NCBI GenBank assembly: GCA_964606555.1
Contig: CAZSGU010000003.1
Coordinates: forward strand, 1-46,826
Length of the DNA: 46,826 nt
From: an uncultured bacterium
GTDB lineage: Bacteria > Fidelibacterota > Marinisomatia > Marinisomatales > Marinisomataceae
Reading direction: 5' to 3'
Part shown: positions 18,044-26,791 of the stretch, piece by piece
How positions within the stretch are numbered: the first letter of the stretch is position 1
How the letters are laid out: every line of letters starts with the position of its first letter
Notes under the pieces: model-generated
Seen by the model: only the letters and a program-made list of their open reading frames with translations
Database searches by the model: none
What the model was told of the DNA's origin: nothing
Made by a program: the position numbers and the translations under genes

Positions 18044-18403
18044 TTATTTTGCGTAAGTCTCAGCTGTTTCTGACGAAAATTCAAAACATTCTACTTCCTC
18101 GTCGCCATTTACTTCAGCTGTATGACCTGGCAATACTTCGTAAGCATCTCCAGGACCAAATCTCTCTTCTGATCCATCATCGCCAAAGATTGTTATATCT
18201 CCTTTAGTGACAACGCCTAAATGGTGAGCTTGACAAGTCTCAGTTCCTGCAATTGGGCCTACACATTCTGACCAAGTCCATCCAGGTTGTGAAGTAAGTC
18301 TAGCAACTTTCCCTGATGGAAATTCTAGAAATTCAACTTTCATTTTATCTGGTTCGCGCAATTCGTCAGGATTGCCAAAGTTCTTTTTTATTACATTTGC
18401 CAT
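18044..18403 (-). CDS. Cupin-domain protein
   Basis: 119 aa. This is a small beta-barrel protein with a cupin-like H..H/G.....G pattern (CQAHHLGVVTKGDITIF...GPGDAYEVLPGH). Confidence 0.6.
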   Translation of the reverse strand: MANVIKKNFGNPDELREPDKMKVEFLEFPSGKVARLTSQPGWTWSECVGPIAGTETCQAHHLGVVTKGDITIFGDDGSEERFGPGDAYEVLPGHTAEVNGDEEVECFEFSSETAETYAK

Positions 18404-18415
18404 ATTAACTCCCTT

Positions 18416-19912
18416 CTATTCACTTTCTTTATCTAATTGAGCTTTTAAACTGTCAGCTTTAGCAACACTTGCTTTAAGTCCCATTTTAGCTGATTGTTCA
18501 AAATATTTTAATGCACTCACATTATCTTCAATTGCTAAATAATAATCGCCCATTGAATCATATGGATTTGCAAGACCTGGTGCCGACCTTACTTGCTCTT
18601 GAAGTGCTTTACCAGCATTCTCTAAATCTTCTTTATCCATATAAGCATATCCTAACATGTTATATGCGGGAGTAAAATCAGGATCCATAGCAAGCAAAGC
18701 GTTCGCTCTTTTAATCACTGCATCAGCTCCAATAGCACTCATCGTTGCAAATACAGTTTCGAATGCTAACATTGAATCATCTCGATATTTAGCAGCTAAT
18801 TCTTCAACTGTTTTGTTGAAAGTATCGTTAGTTCCATCTTTAACACTTGCAGCTAAAGCATTGATTAGAGATGCTTCATCGTCAGATGCATTTAATGACA
18901 TGCTCACAGCAATATCTAAATCATCAACAAGGTCTTCTCCATTTCCTAGGAACGCACTTGTTCTAGCTCTCATTCCATATGCTAATGCAAAATTTGGATC
19001 CAATTCAATAGCTTCACTGAATTTTTCATATGCTCTATCCCAATCGATATTGTATAGATACCATCCACCAACATTAAATGCATTTTTTGCATCTTGATTT
19101 TCTGTAGAAGAAGGCATAATCTTCGCTTCACCATTTGCTCGTTTTACTTGCCTCATAGTTCTTGCAACATTTATTGGACCCCATTTATAATTAGGATTTA
19201 CTCCTATAGCTCTTCTATAATTCGCTAATGCATTTTCAAAATCGCCTTTCATTAAATAATATTCACCCATTGAATCTAATGCATTTGCTAGACCATCTTT
19301 GTCATGTTCTGTACGCATATATCTTCGTAAATGACCAGATGCTTTTTCAAATTCATCAGATCCTGGTTCTTCATTATTCATGTAAGTATAAGCAAGTAAG
19401 TTGGATAAAAATCCAGCAGATGGCATCGCAGCAAATGCTTCTTCAAGCAATACCCTTGCTTCATCTAATTGATCATTTATCATCAAACTTCTTGCTGCAC
19501 CATTTGCTAAATATGGGTCGTTCGGATATTTTTTATACAAACTTTCATAACTATCAAATCTACCGCCTTCTCCATTTATCCAATTAACCGCATCGCGTGC
19601 TAATTCTGTTTCAGGATGTTGTGTGCTTGATAATTCTAATGCTTTCTCATACAATTCTCTTCGTTGTACCCTATCGGTCTCCACGTGTCCTTTGTTTAGA
19701 TAACATGATATACAGTTTGGGTCTTTTGCAATCCCTTCATCAAATTTGTCTCGTGCCAAATCCCACATTACGTTATGTGCAAGATATAAACCTTCTTCAA
19801 CTTCGCTACTTGCATCGCCTGTTTGTCTTGGTAGCTTTCCATCAGAAGTGCCGCAACCAACAAAAAGCATTGCTAATAACACCACAATAGGAATAAAAGA
19901 ATATTTTTTCAT
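18416..19912 (-). CDS. TPR-repeat lipoprotein
   Basis: 498 aa. The signal peptide carries a lipobox (LLAMLFVGC). Multiple TPR-like A..Y......G.....A...F..A units run throughout. Confidence 0.7.
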   Translation of the reverse strand: MKKYSFIPIVVLLAMLFVGCGTSDGKLPRQTGDASSEVEEGLYLAHNVMWDLARDKFDEGIAKDPNCISCYLNKGHVETDRVQRRELYEKALELSSTQHPETELARDAVNWINGEGGRFDSYESLYKKYPNDPYLANGAARSLMINDQLDEARVLLEEAFAAMPSAGFLSNLLAYTYMNNEEPGSDEFEKASGHLRRYMRTEHDKDGLANALDSMGEYYLMKGDFENALANYRRAIGVNPNYKWGPINVARTMRQVKRANGEAKIMPSSTENQDAKNAFNVGGWYLYNIDWDRAYEKFSEAIELDPNFALAYGMRARTSAFLGNGEDLVDDLDIAVSMSLNASDDEASLINALAASVKDGTNDTFNKTVEELAAKYRDDSMLAFETVFATMSAIGADAVIKRANALLAMDPDFTPAYNMLGYAYMDKEDLENAGKALQEQVRSAPGLANPYDSMGDYYLAIEDNVSALKYFEQSAKMGLKASVAKADSLKAQLDKESE

Positions 19913-19980
19913 AGATTCACCTTTCTTGTTTTTAATATCGTCTATATTAAGGACAATTTTTTAGATAATGTATTAGATTC

Positions 19981-20667
19981 TTAAGCTAATTTTTCAAATA
20001 TACTCTTTGCAGCAATGAGGCGAATAACAAAACATAGTATCAATGCAATCACAGCAATTTTCTGGGAAAGAACAACCTGCTCAATTGGAATAGACCCTTG
20101 ATAAAAATCATTCAAATACATATCAACAGAATGTTTTGCCACTGGAAATACCGCTAGAAAATTTAGAATACCATAAAAGGTAGGAAATTTTGGATCAAAC
20201 ACAATTCCAATTCCGTTAAACATTAACGCTAATAAAATGAATCTAAATCCATATTGTGCACTATAGGTATGGATTTTGATACTTAGATCAAATGCATCAA
20301 ACGGAATTGCTACTAAGCCAAAACAAATACCAGCTAACACGCCAAATAGCGTACCAAGCTTGACAAATACAAAGGTATTTTTTGTAGGATCAAATAATTT
20401 TTTTTCTTCTAAAAAAAACAATGAACATCCTACTGCAACTGAAAACATTGCTGCAATAAAGAAAAACATCGAAGGACTATTGAATTCTCCATTGTGAGCA
20501 GTAAAAGCCCCAAGCTCACTAATAAAATTATTGTAGAAAGAGTACCCTACGGTTGTTGGATCACTAACGGTACCCCCTTTAAAGAAGAGAATAGCTAATC
20601 CTAAAAATGGGATAAACAATACTTGTATTAGAAGGCTTCTTAAATATGGATTATTTTTTGCAAACAT
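19981..20667 (-). CDS. Polytopic membrane protein, DUF998-like
   Basis: 228 aa with about 6 TM segments. An N-proximal FISELGA motif resembles DUF998. The assignment is tentative. Confidence 0.5.
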   Translation of the reverse strand: MFAKNNPYLRSLLIQVLFIPFLGLAILFFKGGTVSDPTTVGYSFYNNFISELGAFTAHNGEFNSPSMFFFIAAMFSVAVGCSLFFLEEKKLFDPTKNTFVFVKLGTLFGVLAGICFGLVAIPFDAFDLSIKIHTYSAQYGFRFILLALMFNGIGIVFDPKFPTFYGILNFLAVFPVAKHSVDMYLNDFYQGSIPIEQVVLSQKIAVIALILCFVIRLIAAKSIFEKLA

Positions 20668-20714
20668 CTTGATGAATAATTTATCATAAAAATTATATTT
20701 ATTATAATGTATAT

Positions 20715-22448
20715 TTGTACATGATAAAGAAATTACTGATTTTACTTTCGATTTTTGTTATTAATTGTTCTAACGAAGAGAAAATACAACCACCTTCTCT
20801 TGATTTTAGCCAAGATATTACAATGAAGGATGCGTTTTATTTTGAAAAAGGAGTTTATCAAGTTGTAGACAATGTCTATGTAGCCATTGGATATGGATTG
20901 GCAAATTCTATTTTAATTGTTGGTGATGGTGGAAATATTATCATTGATACGACTGAAAGTTATGGAGCGGCTTCTGAAATTTCTGAGGAATTTCGAAAAA
21001 TATCTAATCAACCAATTAAGGCAGTGTTTTATACCCACTCTCATCCAGATCACTGGAGAGGAACCAAAGCATTCTTTGAAGAAGACACTAAAGTGTATGC
21101 ACATAAAACTTTTGAAAAAGGATTTGATGATTCCATGAATTTATTAAGACCTATTTTGACCAAAAGAGGAATGAAACAATTCGGGTATTTCCTCCCAGAT
21201 GAAATTCAAGAATGGGGACATGGATTGGGTCGTGCATTTGGTTGGGACTTTGTACAGCCTCCGATTATATATCCAACACATCTTTTAGAAGAAAAAATAA
21301 CTACAATTACCACTGCAGGTGTAACATTAGAAGTAACTCATTCACCTGGAGAAACAGATGATCAAATTATCATCTATTATCCCGATAAAGAGGTTGTTGT
21401 TTCTGGTGACAATTATTATATGCGTTTTCCTAATTTGTACACTATTCGCGGCAGTTCCTATCGCGATACATACAAATGGTATAAATCTGTAGATGAAATG
21501 CGTGCTTATAACCCGAAATATCTAATTAGTTGCCATGGACCATATTTATCTGGAAAAGAAGAAGTATATAATCGACTTACTATTTACAGAGATGCAGTTC
21601 AATATATCCATGATTATGCAGTAAGAGGAATGAATCAAGGAAAAACGCCAGATGAACTCGTTGAAGAATTTGAATATCCTAGTTTCTTTAAAGAAAACTT
21701 TGATTTAGAAGAAAAATATGGAAAAGTAAGTTGGAGTATTCGCAATGTATATAGTGGCTATATTGGATTCTTTGATGGAAAAGCAGTAAATCTTGAACCA
21801 TTATCTGGTAAACAACGCAATAAAAGATTATTAAATATCATCGGATCTAAAGAAATATTAATTGAACTAATAGAACAAGCTAATAATGATGGAGATTACC
21901 AATGGGCAGCAGAACTATGTGAGATTGGTTTTTCTAACTTCCCTAATGATAAAACTATTAAAGAACTCTATGGAAACACTCTCATAGTTTTAGGCACAAA
22001 AGAAACAAATCCTATTGCACGCAACTGGTATTTATCAGATGCATATGAAATGATGGGACTTATAACCCCACACGAACAATACAAATCAACAGAAGGACAA
22101 ATCGAGAGGGTTCCAATTAAAACATTCTTTAATGCAATGCCTCCACGTCTTAATCACAAAAAAGCAAGCGGAAAATCTATAAAAATCGGTTTTGTTATGT
22201 CTGATACTGGTCAAACATTTGGAATGATTTTAAGAAATAGTATTATTGAAATTACGCAAAGTGTTCCTGATAATTCTGATGCAACAGCACGTGTAAACAC
22301 AATGACCTGGAAAAAGATCTCTGTTGGTTTAGCAGATGCAAAAGAAGCGATAGCAAACGGAGACTTGGTAATTGATGGAAGCAAATTAAAGTTTGCGCAA
22401 TTCTTCTCGATGTTTGATAGAGATTCGTTTCAATTAATAGTCGATTAA
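20715..22448 (+). CDS. Alkyl/aryl-sulfatase (type III sulfatase: MBL fold plus dimerisation domain plus SCP2-like C-terminus; SdsA1/YjcS/Bds1 family), probable lipoprotein
   Basis: 577 aa. The lipobox-like N-terminus is LSIFVINCS. The MBL motif is YTHSHPDHWRG. The C-terminal GDLVIDGSKLKFAQFFSMFD is typical of the SCP2-like alkyl-sulfatase C-terminal domain. Confidence 0.85.
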   Translation: MYMIKKLLILLSIFVINCSNEEKIQPPSLDFSQDITMKDAFYFEKGVYQVVDNVYVAIGYGLANSILIVGDGGNIIIDTTESYGAASEISEEFRKISNQPIKAVFYTHSHPDHWRGTKAFFEEDTKVYAHKTFEKGFDDSMNLLRPILTKRGMKQFGYFLPDEIQEWGHGLGRAFGWDFVQPPIIYPTHLLEEKITTITTAGVTLEVTHSPGETDDQIIIYYPDKEVVVSGDNYYMRFPNLYTIRGSSYRDTYKWYKSVDEMRAYNPKYLISCHGPYLSGKEEVYNRLTIYRDAVQYIHDYAVRGMNQGKTPDELVEEFEYPSFFKENFDLEEKYGKVSWSIRNVYSGYIGFFDGKAVNLEPLSGKQRNKRLLNIIGSKEILIELIEQANNDGDYQWAAELCEIGFSNFPNDKTIKELYGNTLIVLGTKETNPIARNWYLSDAYEMMGLITPHEQYKSTEGQIERVPIKTFFNAMPPRLNHKKASGKSIKIGFVMSDTGQTFGMILRNSIIEITQSVPDNSDATARVNTMTWKKISVGLADAKEAIANGDLVIDGSKLKFAQFFSMFDRDSFQLIVD

Positions 22449-22961
22449 AGTACGAACTTCACCATACTGATCTGCTATCTTCTTTGATCCACCTAATTCT
22501 GGTAAATCTATTAAAGAAAGTGTATGGATAGCAGTTGCACCTAACTCTTTGCATAAATCAGCGGTTGCAAGAGCTGTACCGCCTGTAGCAATTAAATCAT
22601 CAACAATGAGAATAGTATCCCCTTTTTGGATTGAATCAGCATGGATATGAACACTATTTGTACCATATTCTAAGGTAAATGGCTTGCTCACAGTTCTTCG
22701 TGGCAATTTTCCAGGTTTACGTGCTAATACAAAAGGTTTAGACAATGCATAAGCAATTGGAGCTGCCCAGAAAAATCCTCTTGATTCTACCCCAACAATT
22801 TTATCAAATGATAAATCGGAAACGTTTTCTACCATAATATCTACAGTTGCTTTAAATGCTTCAGGATCTTCTAGCAGAGTTGTAATATCCCTAAAAATGA
22901 TTCCAGGGATTGGATAGTCATGAACTATTGTAATTGTCTTTTTAATATCTTCTATATTCAT
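22434..22961 (-). CDS. apt: Adenine phosphoribosyltransferase
   Basis: 175 aa. The segments DITTLLEDPEAF and VGVESRGF and the PRPP loop ILIVDDLIATGGTA are present. Its 3' end overlaps the sulfatase 3' end by 15 nt in convergent orientation. Confidence 0.92.
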   Translation of the reverse strand: MNIEDIKKTITIVHDYPIPGIIFRDITTLLEDPEAFKATVDIMVENVSDLSFDKIVGVESRGFFWAAPIAYALSKPFVLARKPGKLPRRTVSKPFTLEYGTNSVHIHADSIQKGDTILIVDDLIATGGTALATADLCKELGATAIHTLSLIDLPELGGSKKIADQYGEVRTLIDY

Positions 22962-23013
22962 AAATATTGGCGCTATAATAGGAAAAACAGATTAAACTTC
23001 AAAGCAATATCTA

Positions 23014-23676
23014 TTAAGATGGCAATACGTAGAAGAATATCGACATAAAATGACTAAAACTTCCAAATAATACACAAGCATGCCAGATGGCATGATTGTA
23101 TGGGATTTTATCATCCATAGCATAGAAAAATACCCCGATTGTATATGCAGCACCACCGCTAATCAACCATACCAAGCCTTCATAAGGTAACTTTGTTAAT
23201 AACGGATTGATATAGAAAAGACATATATATCCCATACACAAATAAAGTATGGTAGAAATAACATTATATTTTCCTGTTGTAAAAATTTTCCAAATCGCTC
23301 CTGTAAACGCAATCAACCACATAATTCCAAACAGCTTCCATCCTTCGATTCCTTTAAGCATGACAAGCGCATAGGGAGTATAAGAGCCTGCAATTAATAC
23401 ATAAATCGCAATCATATCTAATGTTCTATAGAAATTACGCGCAACAGGCTCTTGCGTACTATGATACAATGTTGAAGCAGTATACAATAATATTAGGCTG
23501 AGACCAAAAATAGTAAGACTAAAAATATAAATTGAATCTCCATTCTCCAACGCACGTAATAGCAAAAAGATAAATCCTATTATACTTAGGATTAATCCAA
23601 ATCCATGGCTTAATATGTTGATTCTCTCTTCCTGTTCAGAATAGAAATGTTGTTGAATCTTATCTTGTATACTCAA
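23014..23676 (-). CDS. Hemolysin III / PAQR family membrane protein
   Basis: 220 aa with 7 TM segments. The motifs YHST, DMIAIYVLIAGSYTPY and HAIWHACVLFGSFSHF are present. Confidence 0.88.
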   Translation of the reverse strand: MSIQDKIQQHFYSEQEERINILSHGFGLILSIIGFIFLLLRALENGDSIYIFSLTIFGLSLILLYTASTLYHSTQEPVARNFYRTLDMIAIYVLIAGSYTPYALVMLKGIEGWKLFGIMWLIAFTGAIWKIFTTGKYNVISTILYLCMGYICLFYINPLLTKLPYEGLVWLISGGAAYTIGVFFYAMDDKIPYNHAIWHACVLFGSFSHFMSIFFYVLPS

Positions 23677-23699
23677 TTTTGGCTTGAATTAGAATCTCT

Positions 23700-24359
23700 T
23701 TAATTCTTAATGTTATGTTTATCGCAAAGACCAGATAAAAAACTCCACAACATATGCACAGTAGATAATGCAGCTTCATTGGCAAGAATTTGTTCTTCTT
23801 CATTGAGTTGTAACATCAGTTGTTCGCTCTGCTCACGATGCAATACATCAGCATCTTTATGCACAACAAAATATTCTAACCCTTGATTTGTCGAAATATT
23901 ATAATGATCAATCAATCCTTTAATTTTGGTTTCAGCAATTTCGGGTACTTGACGTTCATACGCATACAATGCACCAAGTCCTTCTGCATAAGAAGAACGT
24001 GATAAACGAAAGAAATTTTCAATCAAATCTGAAGTAAAATATTCTTGTTTCACTGAATCCAAATTGTTCTCATCTGCGCCTGCTGCCAACGCAAATTGTT
24101 TCCAAAGCATTGGATGGTCTTTATTAAAATCTTCTTCATCGCTTAAATTGTCCAAAAGTATTTTTCTTTTTTCGATATCTTCACACATAGAATGTGTAGC
24201 ACTAATGTATCTAGGAAATGCTTTGATATGTTGATAATACTGTTCTGCGTAATCCTGCAGTATTTCTTGTGTTAATTCTCCTTTTTCCCATGCGATATAA
24301 AATGGATGATTTAATAGGTGAAATCTGTCTAGCTTATTATTTAGTTCACTTAAATTCAT
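23700..24359 (-). CDS. Heme-oxygenase-like diiron oxidase of the TenA/PqqC/CADD family (candidate CADD-type p-aminobenzoate synthase)
   Basis: 219 aa. The N-terminus is LLNHPFYIAWEKGELTQEILQDYAEQYYQHIKAFPRY. Candidate metal ligands are EEDFNKDH, YAYERQVPE and HKDADVLH (an HxxxDxxH pattern). Confidence 0.7.
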   Translation of the reverse strand: MNLSELNNKLDRFHLLNHPFYIAWEKGELTQEILQDYAEQYYQHIKAFPRYISATHSMCEDIEKRKILLDNLSDEEDFNKDHPMLWKQFALAAGADENNLDSVKQEYFTSDLIENFFRLSRSSYAEGLGALYAYERQVPEIAETKIKGLIDHYNISTNQGLEYFVVHKDADVLHREQSEQLMLQLNEEEQILANEAALSTVHMLWSFLSGLCDKHNIKN

Positions 24360-24389
24360 TTTAAAATCCCCTTTCTTTATTACCTTAAT

Positions 24390-25697
24390 CTACAACTTCT
24401 TTAATTCTTCTTCAACTACCCAAATACGATCTTGGCCCCATATGGATAAAATATTCTTATTGTTGTGGAACAATTTAAAGGTAGGCGCTCCCCAACAATT
24501 TACTTTATACATATCCAATCGATTCTTCTCAAATCCTGCTTCCCAATCGGTTGTATCTAAATGCTTAAATCCTTCATCAGCATCCAAATCCAAATCGGTT
24601 AATAATTGTTGTAAAAATGTCTTTGATCCCACACGGATTCCTGTTGCAAAAATTGCTTCCATACACTTGTGTAAATACTCAAATCCTTTGCCATGGGAAT
24701 TCACATATGGAAATAATGAATAAATTCTTCGTAAAGGATACCCAATTGGGGTTTGAACTTTTCCAAAGGGAATTTCTAGTTTCTCAGCAACACGTGCAGA
24801 ATCCGAAAGAATATAAAATCCTTTCCTTCGTGATATATCCATTTGGCGCATCAACATTGGCATAATAGGTCGTACGACAATAGGAATTCCATAGGTTTCT
24901 CCTAACTTTTTCACACGATCAAATGCCAAATAGGTATACGGACTATTTGCCGAAAAGAAGATTTCAAGTTTGACATCAGATAATTGGCGACTTGGATGAG
25001 AACTTAATGCTGGATTGACACGCAATGATGCGCCTTTCTTTACCCCTAATGCTTCTAAGCGTTCTAATAGAAAATTAATACGATCAATGCCCCAATAATT
25101 TTCTCCTCCATAGTGGAAAATTGCGCCTAAATAATGGCCACATTCATCGCGTTTTTCATTGCCTTTTTTTAAGGTATCTTCTATCACTTTTTCAGAACAT
25201 ATATTTCCTGAAAATTGCCCTTTCCAGAATTTCAAACTTATGCTAGGAAGCTGTTCGATTAATTCCTCTTGATTTAAGCTACATAAATGGCTCAAAAAAC
25301 GATCTTTTTCCTCCGCAGAAGGAATATGTGTGTTTGAGAAATCAATGTCGTAATACGGAGCAATTTTTTGCACATCATTAAATACATATTTCCGGTACAT
25401 TTCAGGTTCTGGAAGCGCATCATACCCTTCTTCTCCCAATAAATAAATTTCTAATTTAACGTCGTATGAGGCTTGTATTTGATGAAGAAATTGTGCTGCC
25501 AAGGTCGAATAAGGGTCATTGGATTGGAAGAAGAACAAAAGCCTATGGGGTTCTATTCTTTGCTTTCGTCGTAGTTCAAATTCTTTTCTTTTTTTATCAC
25601 GCAATTCCAGATCAGCAAATCGCGTCATTAAAAAAGATCGAATCTCTCTAAGCAGTGATTCAGAAGGAATAAATTTTATGAGATCTTCTAGTTTCAT
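24390..25697 (-). CDS. Protein with two tandem 2-hydroxychromene-2-carboxylate isomerase / DsbA-like (kappa-GST type) thioredoxin-fold domains
   Basis: 435 aa. Each half starts with the family N-terminal motif that lacks CxxC: FFFQSNDPYSTLAAQFL (first half) and IFFSANSPYTYLAFDRV (second half). The C-terminal WGQDRI is typical of this family. Confidence 0.7.
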   Translation of the reverse strand: MKLEDLIKFIPSESLLREIRSFLMTRFADLELRDKKRKEFELRRKQRIEPHRLLFFFQSNDPYSTLAAQFLHQIQASYDVKLEIYLLGEEGYDALPEPEMYRKYVFNDVQKIAPYYDIDFSNTHIPSAEEKDRFLSHLCSLNQEELIEQLPSISLKFWKGQFSGNICSEKVIEDTLKKGNEKRDECGHYLGAIFHYGGENYWGIDRINFLLERLEALGVKKGASLRVNPALSSHPSRQLSDVKLEIFFSANSPYTYLAFDRVKKLGETYGIPIVVRPIMPMLMRQMDISRRKGFYILSDSARVAEKLEIPFGKVQTPIGYPLRRIYSLFPYVNSHGKGFEYLHKCMEAIFATGIRVGSKTFLQQLLTDLDLDADEGFKHLDTTDWEAGFEKNRLDMYKVNCWGAPTFKLFHNNKNILSIWGQDRIWVVEEELKKL

Positions 25698-25810
25698 ATA
25701 AGTTATATGTTAATTCTATTCTTTAGTAATTGCTAAAAAAATTGTTATTCTAGTGTCTTTATAATATTTATATTTTATTTAATAAAGATTAATACAAACA
25801 AGAGGTTAAA
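25698..25810. promoter_or_regulatory. Divergent intergenic region expected to carry promoters for the 24390-25697 array (-) and the 25811 gene (+)
   Basis: This is a 113-bp AT-rich spacer. A TATAAT hexamer lies at 25760-25765 and an AGAGG Shine-Dalgarno lies before the ATG at 25811. The call is at region level only. Confidence 0.3.
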
Positions 25811-26644
25811 ATGAAAAAAATACTATTAATGGCTATGTTTACAACAATAGCTTTCTCTCAGTATACTGATGGGAATACAGTTGTAACTATTTCAAAGTAC
25901 AAATGGGAACCGCTAGCAGGAAGTGAACTTACTTGGGGCGACAGAACAGCCGATGTAACAGAATTTCACACAAAAAGAAATGGAGTCGCTAGAAAACTAA
26001 TGAGCTCAATGTTTCTTACTCACTTTTGGACAGGTGAGGTTTCAGAAGTATTAATACTTGGGGAATTTAAAAACATGGGAGATGCAACTGATTATGCCGG
26101 ATTTAATAATATTAACAGTATAGCATGGTTCAATCAGGAAGAAAGAGCAGCTGCTGTTTCAAATTATAATAGACATTTCCAATCTTACCATGAAGATGTT
26201 CATCTATTAGAACACTGGGGAGCACTTCAAAAGAAAAATACAATGGAAGTAACTGGCGAAGAAAACATTGTTGGTGGATCTGTTGTCTCTATAGGTATTA
26301 GATACTGGAAACCAATGAATCAGGTTGAAGGTGGCTCATCAGAAGAACGTTTAGAAATGATGAAAAAATATGCTGATGAAGTTGTAAAGAAAAATCCTAA
26401 AATTATCAGTCAAAAAGTGCTAACTCACTTGTGGTCAGGATCAATTGAAGCAGGCTCATTACCTGTATTCTATATCACTGAATATGCTTCTTTAGAAGAT
26501 ATGAATGATGCTGGAAATGGTGTCTTAGAAGATGAAGCATTTGGTGAAAATAGAAGAGATTACTGGAAATACTTCCATAGTCTATTAGACAAACATACTG
26601 ACTTAGGAATTTATAGAAATTTCTTACCAGCAAATAAAAGATAA
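25811..26644 (+). CDS. Exported hypothetical protein with an internal tandem duplication
   Basis: 277 aa. The signal peptide is MKKILLMAMFTTIAFSQ. The repeat pairs are VVTISKYKWEP / VVSIGIRYWKP and FLTHFWTG / VLTHLWSG. I recognise no named family. Confidence 0.6.
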   Translation: MKKILLMAMFTTIAFSQYTDGNTVVTISKYKWEPLAGSELTWGDRTADVTEFHTKRNGVARKLMSSMFLTHFWTGEVSEVLILGEFKNMGDATDYAGFNNINSIAWFNQEERAAAVSNYNRHFQSYHEDVHLLEHWGALQKKNTMEVTGEENIVGGSVVSIGIRYWKPMNQVEGGSSEERLEMMKKYADEVVKKNPKIISQKVLTHLWSGSIEAGSLPVFYITEYASLEDMNDAGNGVLEDEAFGENRRDYWKYFHSLLDKHTDLGIYRNFLPANKR

Positions 26645-26662
26645 TAAATCTTTGTTAATTAC

Positions 26663-26692
26663 AAAAAAGGCCAGTTTTTACTGGCCTTTTTT
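26663..26692. terminator. Bidirectional rho-independent terminator
   Basis: The stem ggccagt (26669-26675) pairs with actggcc (26680-26686) around the loop tttt. An A6 run lies upstream and a T6 run downstream. It lies between the 25811-26644 gene (+) and the 3' end of tRNA-Val (-). Confidence 0.8.
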
Positions 26693-26705
26693 ATTTATTG
26701 TATTG

Positions 26706-26779
26706 TGGGCGATACTGGATTTGAACCAGTGACCCCCTGGATGTCGACCAGGTACTCTAACCAACTGAGCTAATCGCCC
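26706..26779 (-). tRNA. tRNA-Val (anticodon GAC)
   Basis: The reverse complement is GGGCGATTAGCTCAGTTGGTTAGAGTACCTGGTCGACATCCAGGGGGTCACTGGTTCAAATCCAGTATCGCCCA. The 7-bp acceptor stem is perfect. The D-arm is GCTC/GAGT. The anticodon stem CCTGG/CCAGG carries the loop TCGACAT. The T-arm is ACTGG-TTCAAAT-CCAGT. Position 33 of the loop reads C rather than the usual T. Confidence 0.85.
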
Positions 26780-26791
26780 TTCTTAAAAAAA

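Noticed and set aside
18657-19964. Four plus-strand ORFs (146, 119, 97 and 72 aa) opposite the TPR lipoprotein gene
   Set aside because: All four are antisense to a continuous 498-aa TPR ORF with a good lipoprotein signal. The translations are low-complexity (Leu/His/Ser-rich), so they are shadow ORFs.
20913-21138. Two short ORFs (63 aa minus, 73 aa plus) inside the alkyl-sulfatase gene
   Set aside because: They are off-frame or antisense ORFs inside the MBL domain region (HSHPDH) of a well-supported CDS.
4897-24359. PQQ biosynthesis, suggested by a PqqB-like gene at 4897-5835 and a PqqC-like gene at 23700-24359
   Set aside because: The two genes lie 18 kb apart and are not linked to any pqqA peptide, pqqD or radical-SAM pqqE. 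The PqqC-like protein fits the CADD/TenA branch better. There is no support for a PQQ cluster.
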